A DNA stretch of 64,000 nucleotides from the human T2T-CHM13v2.0 reference genome, Homo sapiens. This document shows positions 1 through 14,236 of this stretch, one piece after another. The translations under genes were made by a program, and so were the position numbers. A model generated the notes under the pieces. The model was not told the origin of the DNA. It worked only from the letters and a program-made list of their open reading frames with translations, and did not search any database. Positions within the stretch are counted from its first letter, which is position 1, and every line of letters starts with the position of its first letter. The stretch lies in NCBI RefSeq assembly GCF_009914755.1, contig NC_060929.1, one strand, 5' to 3'.

Positions 1-2248
1 GCATCCCTGGTGTGAATCCTACTTGATGATGGTGGATTATCTTTTTGATATGCTGTTGTATTCAGTTAGCTAGTGTTTTGTTAAGGATTTTTGCATCTCT
101 ATGTTCATCAGAGATACTGGTCTGTAGTTTTCTTTTCTTTGCTATGTCCTGTCTTGGTTTTGGTATTAGGGTAATAACAGCCTCATAGAATTATTTAGGA
201 AGGATTCCCTCTTTCTCTGTCTTTGGAATAGTGTGAATAAGATTGGTAACAACCCTTCGAATGTCTGATAAAATTCAGCTGTGAATCTGTCTGGTCCTGG
301 CCTTTTTTTTTTTTTTTTTTTGTAATTTCTTAATCACCATTTCAATTTTACTGCTTGTTATTAGTATGTTCAGAATTGCTATATTTTTCTGGTTCAATCT
401 AGGAGGGTTGTATATTTTTAGGAACTTATCCATCTCCTCTAGGTTTTGTATTTTATGTGTGTAAAGGTGTTCATAGTAGCCTTGAATGATCTTTTGTATT
501 TCTGTGGTATCCGTTGTGATATCTGCTGTTTTGTGTTGGAGTGATCAGATCCAACACAAGGTCCTGGGGGTGACAAAGTCTGGTGGAGTCAAAGGATTCA
601 GAAAAGACAGTTAGATAGAGAAATGTGGGCACCAGGGGGCCATCACAATCATGAAGGTTGCAAAGGCCCCGAGTTCTGGGAGCCCGCGCTATTTATTGGT
701 AATCCAACAAAGAAACAGGTGGTGAGAATGTGGGGGTCAAAAGGGCAGTAGCATGATCTACAGCTGTGACGGTTTAGCATTTATAAGGAACATGTTCTGC
801 TACTTGAGATAATGGGAATACAATCGATCTAGGAGCCTAGGAGGGCTAGAAGCAAGGAGTCAGCAAGTCTAGACACATTCCAGAGGACATTATGTCAGAC
901 ATGCATGCCTTGCCTCAGTTTTCTCCCCAACACTCAGCTTTTTCCCAACAGTTTTGTTTCTAATTGAACTTATTTTGTTCTTCTCTCTTCTTTTCTTGGT
1001 TAATCTTGCTAATGGTCTATCAATTTTATTTATCTTTTCAAATAACCAGATTTTTGCTTTATTTATCTTTTGTATTTTTTTTGTTTCAATTTCATTTAGT
1101 TCTGCTCTGATCTTGTTATTTTTCTTCTGCTGGGTTTGGGTTTGGTTTGTTTTTGTTTCTCTAGCTCCATGAGGTGTGACCTTAGATTGTCTATGTGTGC
1201 TCTTTCAGACTTTTTGATGTAGGCATTTAATGCTATGAACTTTCCTCTTAGCACTGCCTTTGCTGTATCCCAGAGATTTTGATAGGTTGTGTCACTATTA
1301 TCATTCAGTTCAAATAATTTTTTAACTTACATCTTTATTTCATTGTTGACGCAATGATCATTCAGAAGCAGGTTATTTAATTTCCATGTTTTTGCATGGT
1401 TTTGAGGGTTCCTTTTGGAATGAACTTCCAATTTTCTTCACTGTGGTCTGAAAGAGTACATGCTATAATTTCAATTTTTTTTTAATTTGTTGAGACTTGT
1501 TTTGTGGCCTTTCATATGGTCTATCTTGGAGAATATTCCATGTGCTGATGAATAGAATGTATATTCTGCAGTTGTCGGGTAGAATGTTCTGTAAATATCT
1601 GTTAAGTTTATTTGTTCTAGGGTATACTTTAAGTCCATTGTTTCTTTGTTGACTTTCTGTCTTGATGACCTGTCTAGTGCTGTCAGTGGAGTATTGAAGT
1701 CCCCCACTATTATTATGTTGCCATATATCTTATTTCTTAGATCTAATAGTAATTGTTTTATAAATTTGGGAGCTCCGGTGTTAGGTGCATATATATTTAG
1801 GATTGTGATATTTTCCTGTTGGACTAGTCCTTTTATGATTATATAATGTGCCTATTTGTCTTTTTTTAACTGCTGTTGCTTTAAAGTCTGTTTTGTCTTA
1901 TATAAGTATAGCTACTCCTGCTCACTTTTGGTGTCCATATGCATAGAATATCTTTTTCTACTCCTTTACCTTAAGTTTCTGTGAGTCCTTATGTGTCAGG
2001 TGAGCTTTTTGAATCCAGCAGACACTTGGTTGGTGAATTCTTATCCATTCTGCCATTCTGTATCTTTTGAGTGAAGCGTTTAGGCCATTTACATTCAACA
2101 TTAGTATTGAGATGTGAGATACTATTCTATTCATCACATTATTTGTTGCCTGTATACCTTGGCTTCTTTTTTCTTCATTGTGTTGTTTAAGGAGATTCTA
2201 CTTTGGTGTATTTCAAGGATTTGTTTCAAGATTTAGAGCTTCTTTTAG
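1..2248 (-). mobile_element. L1 (L1PB-like) ORF1 end and ORF2 endonuclease region, degenerate
   Basis: ORF 1471..1707 GDFNTPLTALDRSSRQK..SKIDH is the L1 APE endonuclease; runs off the window edge. Confidence 0.92.
534..950 (-). mobile_element. Solo HERV-K class LTR (LTR14-family-like) inserted in the L1
   Basis: TG..CA termini, perfect 6-bp TSD GTTTTG (528-533, 951-956), minus-strand AATAAA; family from recalled consensus TGTTGGGAAAAAGCTGAGTGTTGGG. Confidence 0.8.
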
Positions 2249-3655
2249 AATACAAAGGACATGATCTCTTGAGACTTCTATGGCTTCGCTCACCACCCAA
2301 TCCCTCCTATTTTACCACAGCTGATGTGCTCTTGAAAGTGCCACCTCCTGGCTGGAGGCCAACCAACACAAAACCAGTGCATTTAACAAAACTACAGCCA
2401 AGGACCCTCACAGAGTCCACTTCACTCCCCTGCTGTCTCCACTGGAGCAGGTGCTGGTATCCATGTCTGAGACACCTGAAGACAGATCATATTACAAGAC
2501 TCTGAAGACACTCCCCAGTACCAGTCTGGAGGCTGGTAGCTTTCTTCAGTGGCTAGATCCAGAAGAGAAATAACAATCACTGCAGTTTGGCTCTCAGGAA
2601 GCCCCATCCCTAGGGGGAAGGGGAGAGTACCATATCAAGGGAGCACCCTGTGGGACAAAAGAATCTGAACAGCAGCCCTTGAGTCCTAGATCTTCCCTCT
2701 GACATAGTTTACTCAAATAAGAAAGAATCAGAAAAAGAATCCTGGTATTATGACAAAACAAGTTTCTTTTACACCCCCAAAAGATCACGCTAGCTCACAA
2801 GCAATGTATCCAAACCAAGATGAAATCTCTGAATTACAAAAAGAACTTAGAAGGTTGCTATTAAGCCAATCAAGGAGACACCAGAGAAAAGTGAAACTGA
2901 ACTTAAAGCAATCAAAAAAATGATTCAGGATATGAATGGAAAAATCTCCAGTGAAATAGCATAAATAAAAGCAATCACAACTTCTGGAAATGAAGGACAC
3001 AGATAATTGCAAAATGCACTAGAAAGTCTCAGCAATAGAATCAAACAAGTAGAAGAAAGAACTTCAGACCTCGAAGACAAGACTTTCAAATTAACCCTAT
3101 TCAACAAAGACAAAAGAAAAAGAACCTAAAAAGATGAACAAAGCCTACAAGAAGTTTTGGATTATGTTAAATGACTAAACCTAAGAATAATTGGTGTTCC
3201 TCAGGATGAAGAGAAATCTGAAGGTTTGAAAAATATATTTGAGGGAATAATTGAGGAAAACATCCCCAGCCTTGCCAGAGATCTAGACATCCAAACACTA
3301 GAAGCTTAAAAAACACCTGGGAAATATACCACAAAAAGATCATCACTTAGGCACATAGTCATCATGTTATCTAAAGCTAAGATGATGGAAAGAATCTTAA
3401 GAGCTATAAGGATAAAGCATCAGGTAACCTATGAAGGAAAACCTATCAGATTAACAGCAGATTTCTCAGCAGAAACCCTGCAAGCTATTAGAAGGAATTG
3501 GGGTCCTATCTTTAGCCTCCTGAAACAAAACAATTTTCAACCAAGAATTCTGTATCCAGAGAAACTACACTTAATAAATGAAGAAAAGATAGTCTTTTTT
3601 AGACAAATACATGCTGAGAGAATTCACCACTACTAAGCCAGCACTGCAAGAACTA
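2249..3655 (+). mobile_element. Inverted 5' part (5'UTR + ORF1) of the same L1
   Basis: ORF 3364..3636 GKPIRLTADFSAETLQA..WGPIFSLLK is L1 ORF1p; it ends where the minus-strand part resumes. Confidence 0.9.
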
Positions 3656-4061
3656 TCATATTTATTTTAATGCTAAAATTGTCCCAGGTTTGAGTTGTTG
3701 TAGCCTCACAAAACAGGCCTGCCTGTGTGTTTTTTTGTTAGGTTTGTTTACATCCTTATTCTGTTTTTAAGCACTTTCTTACTTTTTAGCCAGAAAAGAA
3801 GTTCTAGGCCCTGAAGTGTACAGATACACAAATATATTTACATCTATTTCTATGTATTTATTAAAAACCATGAGTTCATACTAATAACTCAAGTTCCATT
3901 ATTTCAATTCAATACCACAGGGTTCCTGCCAGTTTTCTTTCTTCCTATATTGTGTCTTCTTTCTGACAGTGAGCAACCTGACTCCTGACATCTTCAATAT
4001 ATTTACACATTTGCTCAATCCTACAATCAGAACACAGAGCCAAATTTTCTAACTCATGCTA

Positions 4062-4345
4062 CTGGTAAAACCAAACCTACTTCCACTTAATGAGGTATGG
4101 AGAATAGTCAATTCATGGAGACAGAAAGTAGAATGCAGACTACCAGGAGCTAGGGGGAAGAAGTAAGGGGAATTATTGTTTAATAAGTAAAGAGTTTCAG
4201 TTTGGGGTGACAAAACAGTTCTGAAGATAGATAGTGGTGATGGCTGCACAACAAGAAGACTCTATGCAATGCCACTGAATTGTGCACTTTTCAATAGTTG
4301 AAGTAGTAAATTCTAAGTAATCCATATTTCGTCATGATTTAAACA
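4062..4345 (+). mobile_element. Old L1M (L1MB-like) 3' end fragment
   Basis: TTCCACTTA..GAGACAGAAAGTAGAAT..TGGTGATGGCTGCACAAC motifs. Confidence 0.7.
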
Positions 4346-4406
4346 ATGCTACAACACCGGTTAGACTTCAAGATTTATTTGTACTTGTTTTTGTCTTTAG
4401 ACTGGG

Positions 4407-4487
4407 GAGATAGAGAGAGAGAGAGAGAGATGATAGATAGATAGATAGATAGACAGATAGATAGATAGATGATAGATAATAGATAGA
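4407..4487. repeat. (GA)n-(GATA)n compound microsatellite
   Basis: Direct reading. Confidence 0.95.
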
Positions 4488-5763
4488 TTCAAAATCTACA
4501 TATATTACTTATCTTCTTTTTAAGTATGGTTGTCTTATTTATTGAAATATAGCCAATTTATTTTTATGTTGATTCCATTTAGTCTCCATCCTTTAGGTTT
4601 AAAACTACGTAAGATAATAACATAATTCTAGATGTCAAACCTACCTAGAAAGGAAAAGTCACTTCCTCCCCAATCCCTTCCCTGTTTCTACCCAGCCCCT
4701 GGAGATAACCAGTCTCTTTCTTTTCTAATTTATCCTTCCTTATTTCTTTTTGCAAAAATAAGCAGATACACAAAAGGTATTATAAATTCTTTCAAAGAAT
4801 AAACCATCTCCTAGAACCCACAACCCTTCACTCTATAGAAATCTTTCTAATTCATTTACATGGCTGTATAGTATTCCATTGTGTGGCTATGCCATGGTTT
4901 CTTCAACTAATCTCCTACATATGGGCATTTAGGATGTTCCTAATATTTTTCAATGTATGGTAAATAATGCTGCAATAAGCAGATGTATTTGGATCTTGTT
5001 GGAGATAATCTTCAAGGAAAATTCCTAGATGTGAGAATCCTGGGTCAAAAAATAAATGTTGTGTAGTTTTCTTAAATATTGCCAAATCCTCCTCCATAAG
5101 GTTCTACTATTTTGTTTCCCCACCAGCAATGCTGACAGAGCCTGTATCCTCACAGCCTCACCACAGAGTGTTACTAAATCTTTGTAATGTTTGCCAATCT
5201 AATGAGAAATGGTATCATAATGTAGTTTTAACTTGCCTTCCTCTGAAAGTGAGCAAAGGCAAGCATCTTTTTATGTGTTTAAGGGTCACTTATGTGATGC
5301 ATGTGTGTGCACAGACGTGTGTGTAAATTTTATGCTCTCAGATTTTGCCCATTTTTTTCAAGTTTCTTCTCATTTGTTAGTCTATTGGGATATCTGAATA
5401 ACACTAGTGTCGAGAATCCTCAAAGGAGAGTACAATTGCAGTTAGATAAACAGAGTGTCCAGAAAACAGATGGTCTCTGTGCTCAGTGAACTTGAAAGCT
5501 GTGGAAAGCAGACTTGCTTGGACCATCCAAACGCCTACTTCAGCTCAATCATAAGGCCAAGCAGAGTTCAGCGTCCGGCCTGAGGAAGCAAAATCCAGCA
5601 AGATTCTGAAACGGGGTCTGGTAGGCTGCTTTCTTCTCAGAGTCACACCATAGCAAGATCACACCTCTCCCACCCTTACATACCCCTAAAACAGAACAGA
5701 AGAGAATGGAATAGAACAGACCCACCAGCGTTTAGTTATTTTGTCTTGCTCAACACCAACAAC

Positions 5764-6009
5764 TTTTTTTAAAAAATTATACTTTAAGTTCTAGGGTACA
5801 TGTGCACAATGTGCAGGTTTGTTACATATGTATACATGCACCATGTTGGTGTGCTGCACCCATTAACTCATCATTTACGTTAGGTATATCTCCTAATGCT
5901 ATCCCTCCCCTCTCCCCCCACCCCATGAAAGGCCCTGGTGTGTGATGTTCCCCTTCCTGTGTCCAAGTGTTCTCATTGTTCAATTCCCACCTATGAGTGA
6001 GAACATGCG
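5764..6009 (-). mobile_element. 5'-truncated L1PA 3' end
   Basis: L1PA 3'UTR sequence; TSD AACACCAACAAC at 5752-5763 and 6010-6021. Confidence 0.92.
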
Positions 6010-7275
6010 AACACCAACAACCGTTTTATGGAGAAGTTAGCAGGGAGCCCGGGGAGCTCCCTGTGACCCTCACATTCCTGACTCCCCATCTCCATCACAG
6101 GAATGAGGAGACAATCAAGCACCCCTGCCTACCATCCTGGAGGAGGGAAGGCATTCGTGCCAGCCTGGGGTGACAAAGAAAGGAGGAGGCCTGCACCGAG
6201 CCAGGCCTGAGGCCCCGGAAGCCCCCAGTGGCTCCAGCAGGCTCTGGGACATGGTGGATGGCGAGGTGGGCATTCCTGTGGATTCAAGGACTCACAAAGC
6301 TCTGGTGGCTGCTTTGTTCTGAGACGTGGTGGCAAGGAGCCTGGCTCCTTGCCCATTTTTCACTTGGGATTTTCCATAGTGCTTTTCCCTCAATTTTAAG
6401 ACTCTTCTATATGGTAGGGTGGAGTATGGTGAGTTGCGATCTCAATGCGTGGATTTCGCTGTTGGTGATTGGGGTTAGGAGGTTGCATTGTCCAACTTCC
6501 TACTTGACTGTCCTCTGCAGAAACACACATTCCCTCCTGTTGCATATTTTTTCTTCATCATCCAGTATCCAAAGAATGCCTCCCCCTTCTCTTTCACCCT
6601 TTCCTCCCTCGGAAATGAAGACTTCTCCAGACTGTCACCAAGGGTCCCTAATGCTTTCATGTCCTTTTCCGGTCATCAAAGCTTGGATCTCCGAGGACTT
6701 TTTCTCAGAATTTTCATATGCAGTGTAGATTGTCTCTTCCTGGGCATACATTTAACTCATCTGTAGGCCGTCCATGGTCCTTTTCTCTTTTCCTACACTG
6801 AAGGACAGTTCTCTAGATGGCCTTGGGCTGATCCAGTTCTCGTATCATGTCTGTCCTGTAGATCTCAAGAATAATTGTAGAATAGTATACTGGGAAAGCA
6901 ACATCTTGAGACAGGGAGGAACTGGCTGGGACAGCCCAGGCTCTGTTCCCATGCCCCCACCTCTAGAACAGGATGTCCTTCAGTGCCTTAGCCCAGTGTG
7001 TCATGTTGCCTTCAGGTATAAAACCCAGGCTGGGCTGCTCTCTGGGGTCACTCATCTGCTGTGCAAGTGTGGCACACTAAATGGAGATTCCATCAACACT
7101 GGGCAGCTTTCCTGAGCTCTGGGGAATCAGCTCCCAATGAATCTAGGCCTCCTTGCTGCCTATCTGTAAGTAATAAACCCACTGCATGTCACTTGCTCGA
7201 GGTGAAGGCTGGGTTCTGTCTCACTGGACTCAGATAAGTTACTAACCAGTGCACAGTGAACCTGTTTAACAAAAT

Positions 7276-7296
7276 TGGCACAGCAAGCACGGTTCG
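7276..7296 (+). promoter_or_regulatory. Primer binding site, tRNA-Ser(UGA)-type
   Basis: TGGCACAGCAAGCACGGTTCG vs TGGCGCAGCGAGCAGGGTTCG (complement of the tRNA-Ser-TGA 3' end as recalled); 18/21 match, differences mostly G>A. Confidence 0.75.
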
Positions 7297-9505
7297 GTCT
7301 GACAGAAGCATGGCTTATTAGTGAAACAGGAGGGGTGATACCCCCCAGTTTCTAACACATGGTGGAAAGGCCAGTCTGGGTTGCAGGGTCTGAACATGCA
7401 TCTGGATGTTTTCTGGGGATGGAACAGTGAGAAGTGGAACAAAAGTCACCCACAAAGATGTGAACAAGCTGGCTGCATGAACATAGGCAGCAGAAAGGGA
7501 TGTGGAAATGTGACTGCAGCTCGTAATCCTCTGGTTTGGGGGCACTTATGTAATCGCTCATTCCTGGGGCTGGAAACTTCCAGGAGTGGGAACTCAGTAG
7601 CAGCCTGAGGCACTTGAGAGGGAAGAGGAAAGACAGTCTCAGCTGATCCCTGAGGTCTCTGAGTGAGAACCAACATGAGATGTGGGACCTGACTAAGAGG
7701 GAGACTTTCTTTTCAAAGGGCAGATACGGAGAAAGCCCAGGGAAGTCTCACACAGCATGGTTAGTGTGGTTGTTTGAAGAAGGGGTAATGCAGACCCAAA
7801 TGTCTGGCTGGATGGTGCAATTAGGGGTAAGGTTAAGGTCTCCAGGTACCCACCAGAGACCAGTGGTCCTATACTGCTGTCAAGCTAAAAGGAGGAAAGG
7901 GAAAAAATTAAACCGATGACATCAGGAAGTTTTAGGATGAACACAGTGACTGAAGGTGTTTATCTGCTTTGGATAAGGCTTTTTGTGCCATTTTGTGTGG
8001 CAGTGACTGCAGTTCCTACCCCTGAGTGCATTATTACAGGCATTGACATGTTGGCTGCTCTGGTACAGAACATCACGCCTGCCTGAGAAGCTCTGCCCCT
8101 CACAGCCAAGAATTTGAGCCATAACAATGGGACATATCCACTCCTGCCTATCACCTAAGCTACCCAAGTCCCAGTGGGTTATTCAACAAAAGCTGTACCG
8201 CATACTGAGTGCAGAAGTGCACATTGCTTTTTTAATTCTGGATTTGATACAAAACATCCTATTGCAATGTAACAGCCCAGTTTGACTGGTCAAAAAGGCC
8301 TTCAGGGCATGAAGACTAACAATGGACTGTTGCAGGCTGAATGCCAAGGCCACTTGGCATTTCTTGGTTTACAGATGGCTCTGGGAAACTACAAACAGAT
8401 GGGATCTCTTGTGGTTTCCCAGATGTAACTTACAGCTGGCCAGCCAGTGAATGGCCATCTCTTGACTTATACTGGACATAGATGTTCTGCCCAATGGGCC
8501 AACTTCACACAGTGGTGATGGCCATGCCAGCCACCCCTGCTACCATATCTTAATACATATGTTTTGACTGATGGGCTGTTCACTCTCAGGTCACGAAAAT
8601 GTCAACCAAGTGACTGAACTATTAAAGGACCTCTGAGTGGGAACAAAGACTACAACCACTCGCTGCCTAAAAGGGAGAAATATCTGTCACTTGTGTGGAT
8701 GCTGGGACTACCATGGCAACCCATGAAAAGAATTTATATCATCTTTTTGGATACACTGCAGGACTTCACTCTGACCAAGGAACAGTCTGCTAGTGGGATA
8801 GTACCCCTATCTGACTAGGGCAATAAGGACACTAAACACTGCTCTCCAGTGCCAGGGAAGCACAGCCCTGAGAGCATGTCGGGAAACATTAGGCTTGGTG
8901 AGTGTGGAGGTGGATCAGGCAGCTGCTTGATTAGGCTACACCTGTGAAATCCCAATAACAGTATTCTCAACCGCTCTTTTTCCTTTCTGCCTTTAGAATG
9001 CACCTCCCAGGGGTGGCTTGTGGTTTGGGCCTCCATAGTACCCCAGACAGGGCTCACAAAATCTAAACTGGAGATGATGCTTCCACCTGTTAACTCCCCT
9101 ATATGGAGTCTCATAGAGTAATGGATAGGACCAAGGAATACCACCATGCACAGGTCCCTCTGTTGGCTCCAGGGACATCTGATCTTTCCAGTCGTGTGAG
9201 TGGTGTTTTCAGACATGTCAAGTTTTTACAGGGTGTTTCCTCCCTTTCTGGACTGAAAAACAGAGGCTGACAGGTCTGGGTTAAGCAACAAGGACAGTGG
9301 GTGCCAAAGAGGTAGTAGCCTCTGGACTGGGTGCTGCACCAACTGAGCCCAACTCCTATCCAATAAGTAGGGAACACAAGATACTCCAGAAGGTGTGGGG
9401 GTGGGGCACCAACCTGTCATTCTATTTTCTCCACAAGGACATGGCAGCAGAGGCCTGGAAGCACAATGCCTTCTTTAGGTCCTCCCAAGCTGTGGTCACT
9501 ATGGG

Positions 9506-9901
9506 TGATATGGGTTGGATCTGTGCCCCCACAAAATCTTATGTTAAAATGTAATCCCCATTGTTGGAGGTGCCACCCAGTGGGAGGTATTTGGATGTTG
9601 GGGGAAGATCCCTCAAGGCTTGGTGCTGGCCTCGCGATAGTGAGTGAGTTCTCACAAGATCTGGTTGTTGTCAAGTGTGGCGCCTCCCTCCAACCCTCTC
9701 ACTCCTGCTTTGCTATGTGACGTACCTGCTCTCGCTTCAACTTCTGCCCTGAGTGAAAGCTTCCTGAGGCCTCCCCAGAAGCAGATGTTGATGCCATGTT
9801 TCCTGTAAAACCTGCAGAATCATGAGCCAATTACATTTTTTTCTTATAAGTTACCCAGTCTCAGGTATTCCTTCATAGTGATGCAGGAATGGCCTAATAC
9901 A
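9506..9901 (+). mobile_element. MaLR solo LTR (MSTA-like) nested in the ERV
   Basis: TGATATGG...CCTAATACA termini; 5-bp TSD ATGGG (9501-9505, 9902-9906). Confidence 0.9.
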
Positions 9902-10044
9902 ATGGGTCAACTGATGAAGTGCTGGATCGGCCACCCTAGATCTTATTCTGTCACAGACCACAGTGGCCCTCTCATCCTGCCATGAAAGGGAACCAGAGGT
10001 GCCCTGTTTTAACTTAACTGGCCTAAGGTGGCAAAATGTCATGA

Positions 10045-10414
<370 letters not shown>

Positions 10415-10689
10415 TGACACACTACTTTTATTTGATTACATGAAAGATAAGTGTCCCAGTGGCAATGACGAAAACAAGGACGGCAATAATGCTAGCCCTT
10501 TCTGAAGGGACATTATAAACAATAGTGTAGGGTGAAACTGAGCTCATGCAACTATGACTTAGCTGCAAATGGCTGTGCCTCCATACCCATTAGTAGGCCA
10601 CTGAACAATAAAATGGGATAAAGGGTGCTATGTACCCCTGATAGCTACATATTTCTTTATGGGCAGTCTGAGGGTGACCCAAAAATGGG

Positions 10690-11480
10690 ATGAGCAATGT
10701 CTGTGCCTGGAAATCCAGTGGATGGCTGGGTCCTGCATGCTGGGGGTGCCCCTCCCTATATACCACTCCTGGGAATGAGATTCATCATTGGGCCAACAGC
10801 CTAAAGCTGTACACCCAGCCAACTAGAGATATATCAGAAGGTATAAGTGACTCTGGGTTTACATTCTTTTTTTTTTCATTGTTATACTTTAAGTTTTAGG
10901 GTACATGTGCACAATGTGCAGTTTTGTTACATATGTATACATGTGCCATGTTGGTGTGCTGCACCCATTAACTCGTCATTTAGCATTAGGTATATCTCCT
11001 CATCACAATCTGGGTTTACATTCTTTATGAGATCTTTAATAGCATGAATAGGAGTCAGTACTCCTAAAGAAATAATCATAAGCCTGTCCCTGACCATGGC
11101 AGATGTTGCTTCCTTTACTGCCACTGCTTTGGTAGCCCAGCAGACATCCCTCAACTCTCTTGGGAAGATTATTTTAGACAACAGAATCACTCTAGACCGC
11201 CTTTTAGCCCAACTAGGAGGAGTGTATGCAACTGCCTACACCTCCTGCTGTACCTGGATAAACAACTCAGGTATTGCTGAAACACAGGTAGAGAAGATCT
11301 GATTGCAGACAGTGGGGCCACTGAAAGAACCTTCTCTGAGCCCTTTAGCAACTTCTAACCTAGATCCTGGGGATCCCAGGCTAGGTTACTTAGGTTACTG
11401 CCCTGGGCAGGCCTGCTCATCCTCCTTGTGGTAGTAGTCACCTTGGGCATGGTAAAAAGTATTGTAGCTATGGTTTGCAG
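10690..11480 (+). pseudogene. ERV env SU-end/TM remnant
   Basis: ORF 11096..11302: LDNRITLDRLLAQLGG (CKS-17-like immunosuppressive domain) followed by YATAYTSCC (CX6CC with first C>Y) and a downstream hydrophobic anchor remnant. Confidence 0.85.
10870..11008 (-). mobile_element. Very short L1PA 3' end inserted in env
   Basis: 18-bp TSD TCTGGGTTTACATTCTTT (10852-10869, 11009-11026); about 8 extra nt CATCACAA at the 5' junction. Confidence 0.92.
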
Positions 11481-12133
11481 GTCACAGGAATAATGTAGAA
11501 TGTGCTGGATCAGCAACATCTGGATATAGGGAGAGTCTGGCTGAAACAGCCAGGGCTCTGTTCCAGTCACCCCAAAACAGGAGGTCTTTCAATACTGTAG
11601 CCCAGTATGTCATGCTGTCCCTGAGGTACAAAACCAGGGTGGGCTGCTTCCCTGTGTGCCTCAGCTGTGGTGCAAGTGGGGCACAGGCAGATGAGATGCC
11701 ATCCACCCTGGGGAAGTCCCTGAGCCTTGGGGGATCAGCTGGCAATGAATCCTGGACTTCTGTTGTCCCTTGCTGCCAATCTATAAATAATAGGTCCACT
11801 TCATCTAACTCATATGGGGAGAAATGATCTGTTTCACTATACTCAGAAAAAGTGGGAACCAGTACACAGTGAGCCTGCTTCACAAGCACAATATTTACAG
11901 ACTCATTAGCACTCCATAAAAACTGGCAGCAGGATTTCAGGAGATAGCTCTGCTACAATCTGGTATTTCATCTCTTGGGAAGCTATGGGTTCTGTGGGTG
12001 TTATGTGCTCTTCTTGTTTATCTTTATCACACATGCAGCATTTCATTACATGCAGATTGTGGAGGCCCCAGAAGGGAAAAGTCCCCATGGTGTGCTCTTT
12101 CCTCCACCCTGACACCAACCTACACATTTTCTA

Positions 12134-12718
<585 letters not shown>

Positions 12719-13312
12719 CTAAATAGGGTGTCTTTTACTCTTCTTATATTACTTAGGGTTTAGTGCCCACTGGTTTGTGGTAATGGTCTCTCAAGGAAAA
12801 ACATGCAGTCCTGTCCTTGGAAACACAGCTACAATTGCATTCCCCCTTCTCATCCACATGGAGCTGGGGCTCTATGATTGAAATCATCTGCTCTGGCTGC
12901 CTACCTCAGCATCCCCAACACACTTAGAAAGTCATTGAAGCCAATTCAGTGCTTCCTCAGGTCCAGCCAGAGACTGTAACCAGGAAACAGAAGTGTTTCT
13001 TTATCAGCATGCCCATGATAGCTTGCTGCTTAGGTTGCATGAATATAGGCCAAGACTAAATAGCAAAACATTCTGGTTCAACAGGTCAAGCATTCTGGAG
13101 GATTTTTGGCCACTTTTCTCTTTCTTCAGACCCCACAGGTTAGCTAACCCTCCACCCACTTCCCGCTGCCTTCATCCTGGCCAGCTGCCAGTGCAAACTT
13201 GCCCCATTCCCCGATAGCCTTGAGTAGCCAGATGACAGAATTCTGGGCAATTAGGACAGAAATCTCTTGGCCAATCATTTAGTGAGGTTGGGGAGAGATA
13301 ACGCTGTAAACT

Positions 13313-13318
13313 TTTATT
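13313..13318 (-). terminator. Polyadenylation signal AATAAA of UGT3A2
   Basis: First canonical AATAAA I find on the minus strand downstream of the stop (about 640 nt). Confidence 0.75.
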
Positions 13319-13959
13319 TTTCAGGAAATCTGGAAACCTACAGTCTCCATGCCTGCTCAGCCAAGAAGGAGCTCACTGTGGGCACCAGAGACAGGGACCC
13401 AATGTGGAGACCTGTGAGCCTGTGTCCGGCCCTGAACTCTCAAGCACAGGGCAGGCTTCCTGAGCATTGAAGAGAATATGTGGGAGAACAAAACAGAAAC
13501 TGAAAGAATATGCAAGGTGTCTTTCTTGGATGTTATTCCATGATAGATAGTAGGGGCAGGAGTGAGAGAGGCTGACTAGGTCTGGACATGGAGGCTGGAA
13601 GAGTCAGGGTGTGATTCGGAGAGGCGCATGAGAAGGAAGGTGGATTTTAAGGCTGGAAATCTGAGGGTCAGTGGTCCAAGTCACTCAGAGACAGAATCAC
13701 AGCATAGCCCTTGCTGATGGCAAACAAAGGAGGACAAGAGGACTGGAAAGAATTCTGCTAGCAGGCAGGAGCTAGTAAGGATGAATTTGTAGCAAAATTA
13801 GCAAGTGGAAAGGATGATTTTTGGCCATTTTTCCTGTTCTTCAAGAAAACAGGAGATAACTAGAAGGACTAGAGAATGGGGCTGCCAGAACTAGTGGGAA
13901 GCTCCCTAGAAATGGTGACATCGCCCACCAAACAGACCCCGCCAAGGCTGCACCTGGCC

Positions 13960-14236
13960 TTATGTCTCCTTCACCTTTCTGGCCCCACGCAGCCACCAGA
14001 CAGCCATGCCCAGCAGCTTCCCACAAAGCCATAGAGTCCCCAGAGTGAGCCCCAGCAGAAACACAAAAACGTCGAGCAGGTACTGCTCATGCCAGGGCTG
14101 CTGAAAGACATAGGGCTTGAGGTGCGTCGCGCCCCCTGTCTGGAGGACGTGGTCAATCCAGCCCACCAGCCGCTGTGTGGGGCTGAGCGGGTGGGAGCGC
14201 AGGATGACACTGGCAGCCACTGCCGCGGACTTGTAT
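13960..14236 (-). CDS. UGT3A2: UGT3A2 exon 7 coding part (YKSAAVAAS...TM helix...ARKVKET*)
   Basis: Acceptor CAACAG at 14237-14238; TAA at 13962-13960; hydrophobic TM segment and KxKxx ER-retrieval-like tail. Confidence 0.97.

Noticed and set aside
6228-6728. 166-aa Trp-rich plus-strand ORF
   Set aside because: GTG start and no recognisable family; more likely a chance antisense frame
11096-11302. Possible domesticated syncytin-like env
   Set aside because: Stops on both sides, L1 insertion in the fusion peptide region, CX6CC mutated, SU largely decayed
12993-13470. Two short plus-strand ORFs 'conserved' at 49197 and 49429
   Set aside because: The similarity reflects the high-identity duplicated tract; non-ATG starts and no coding signal
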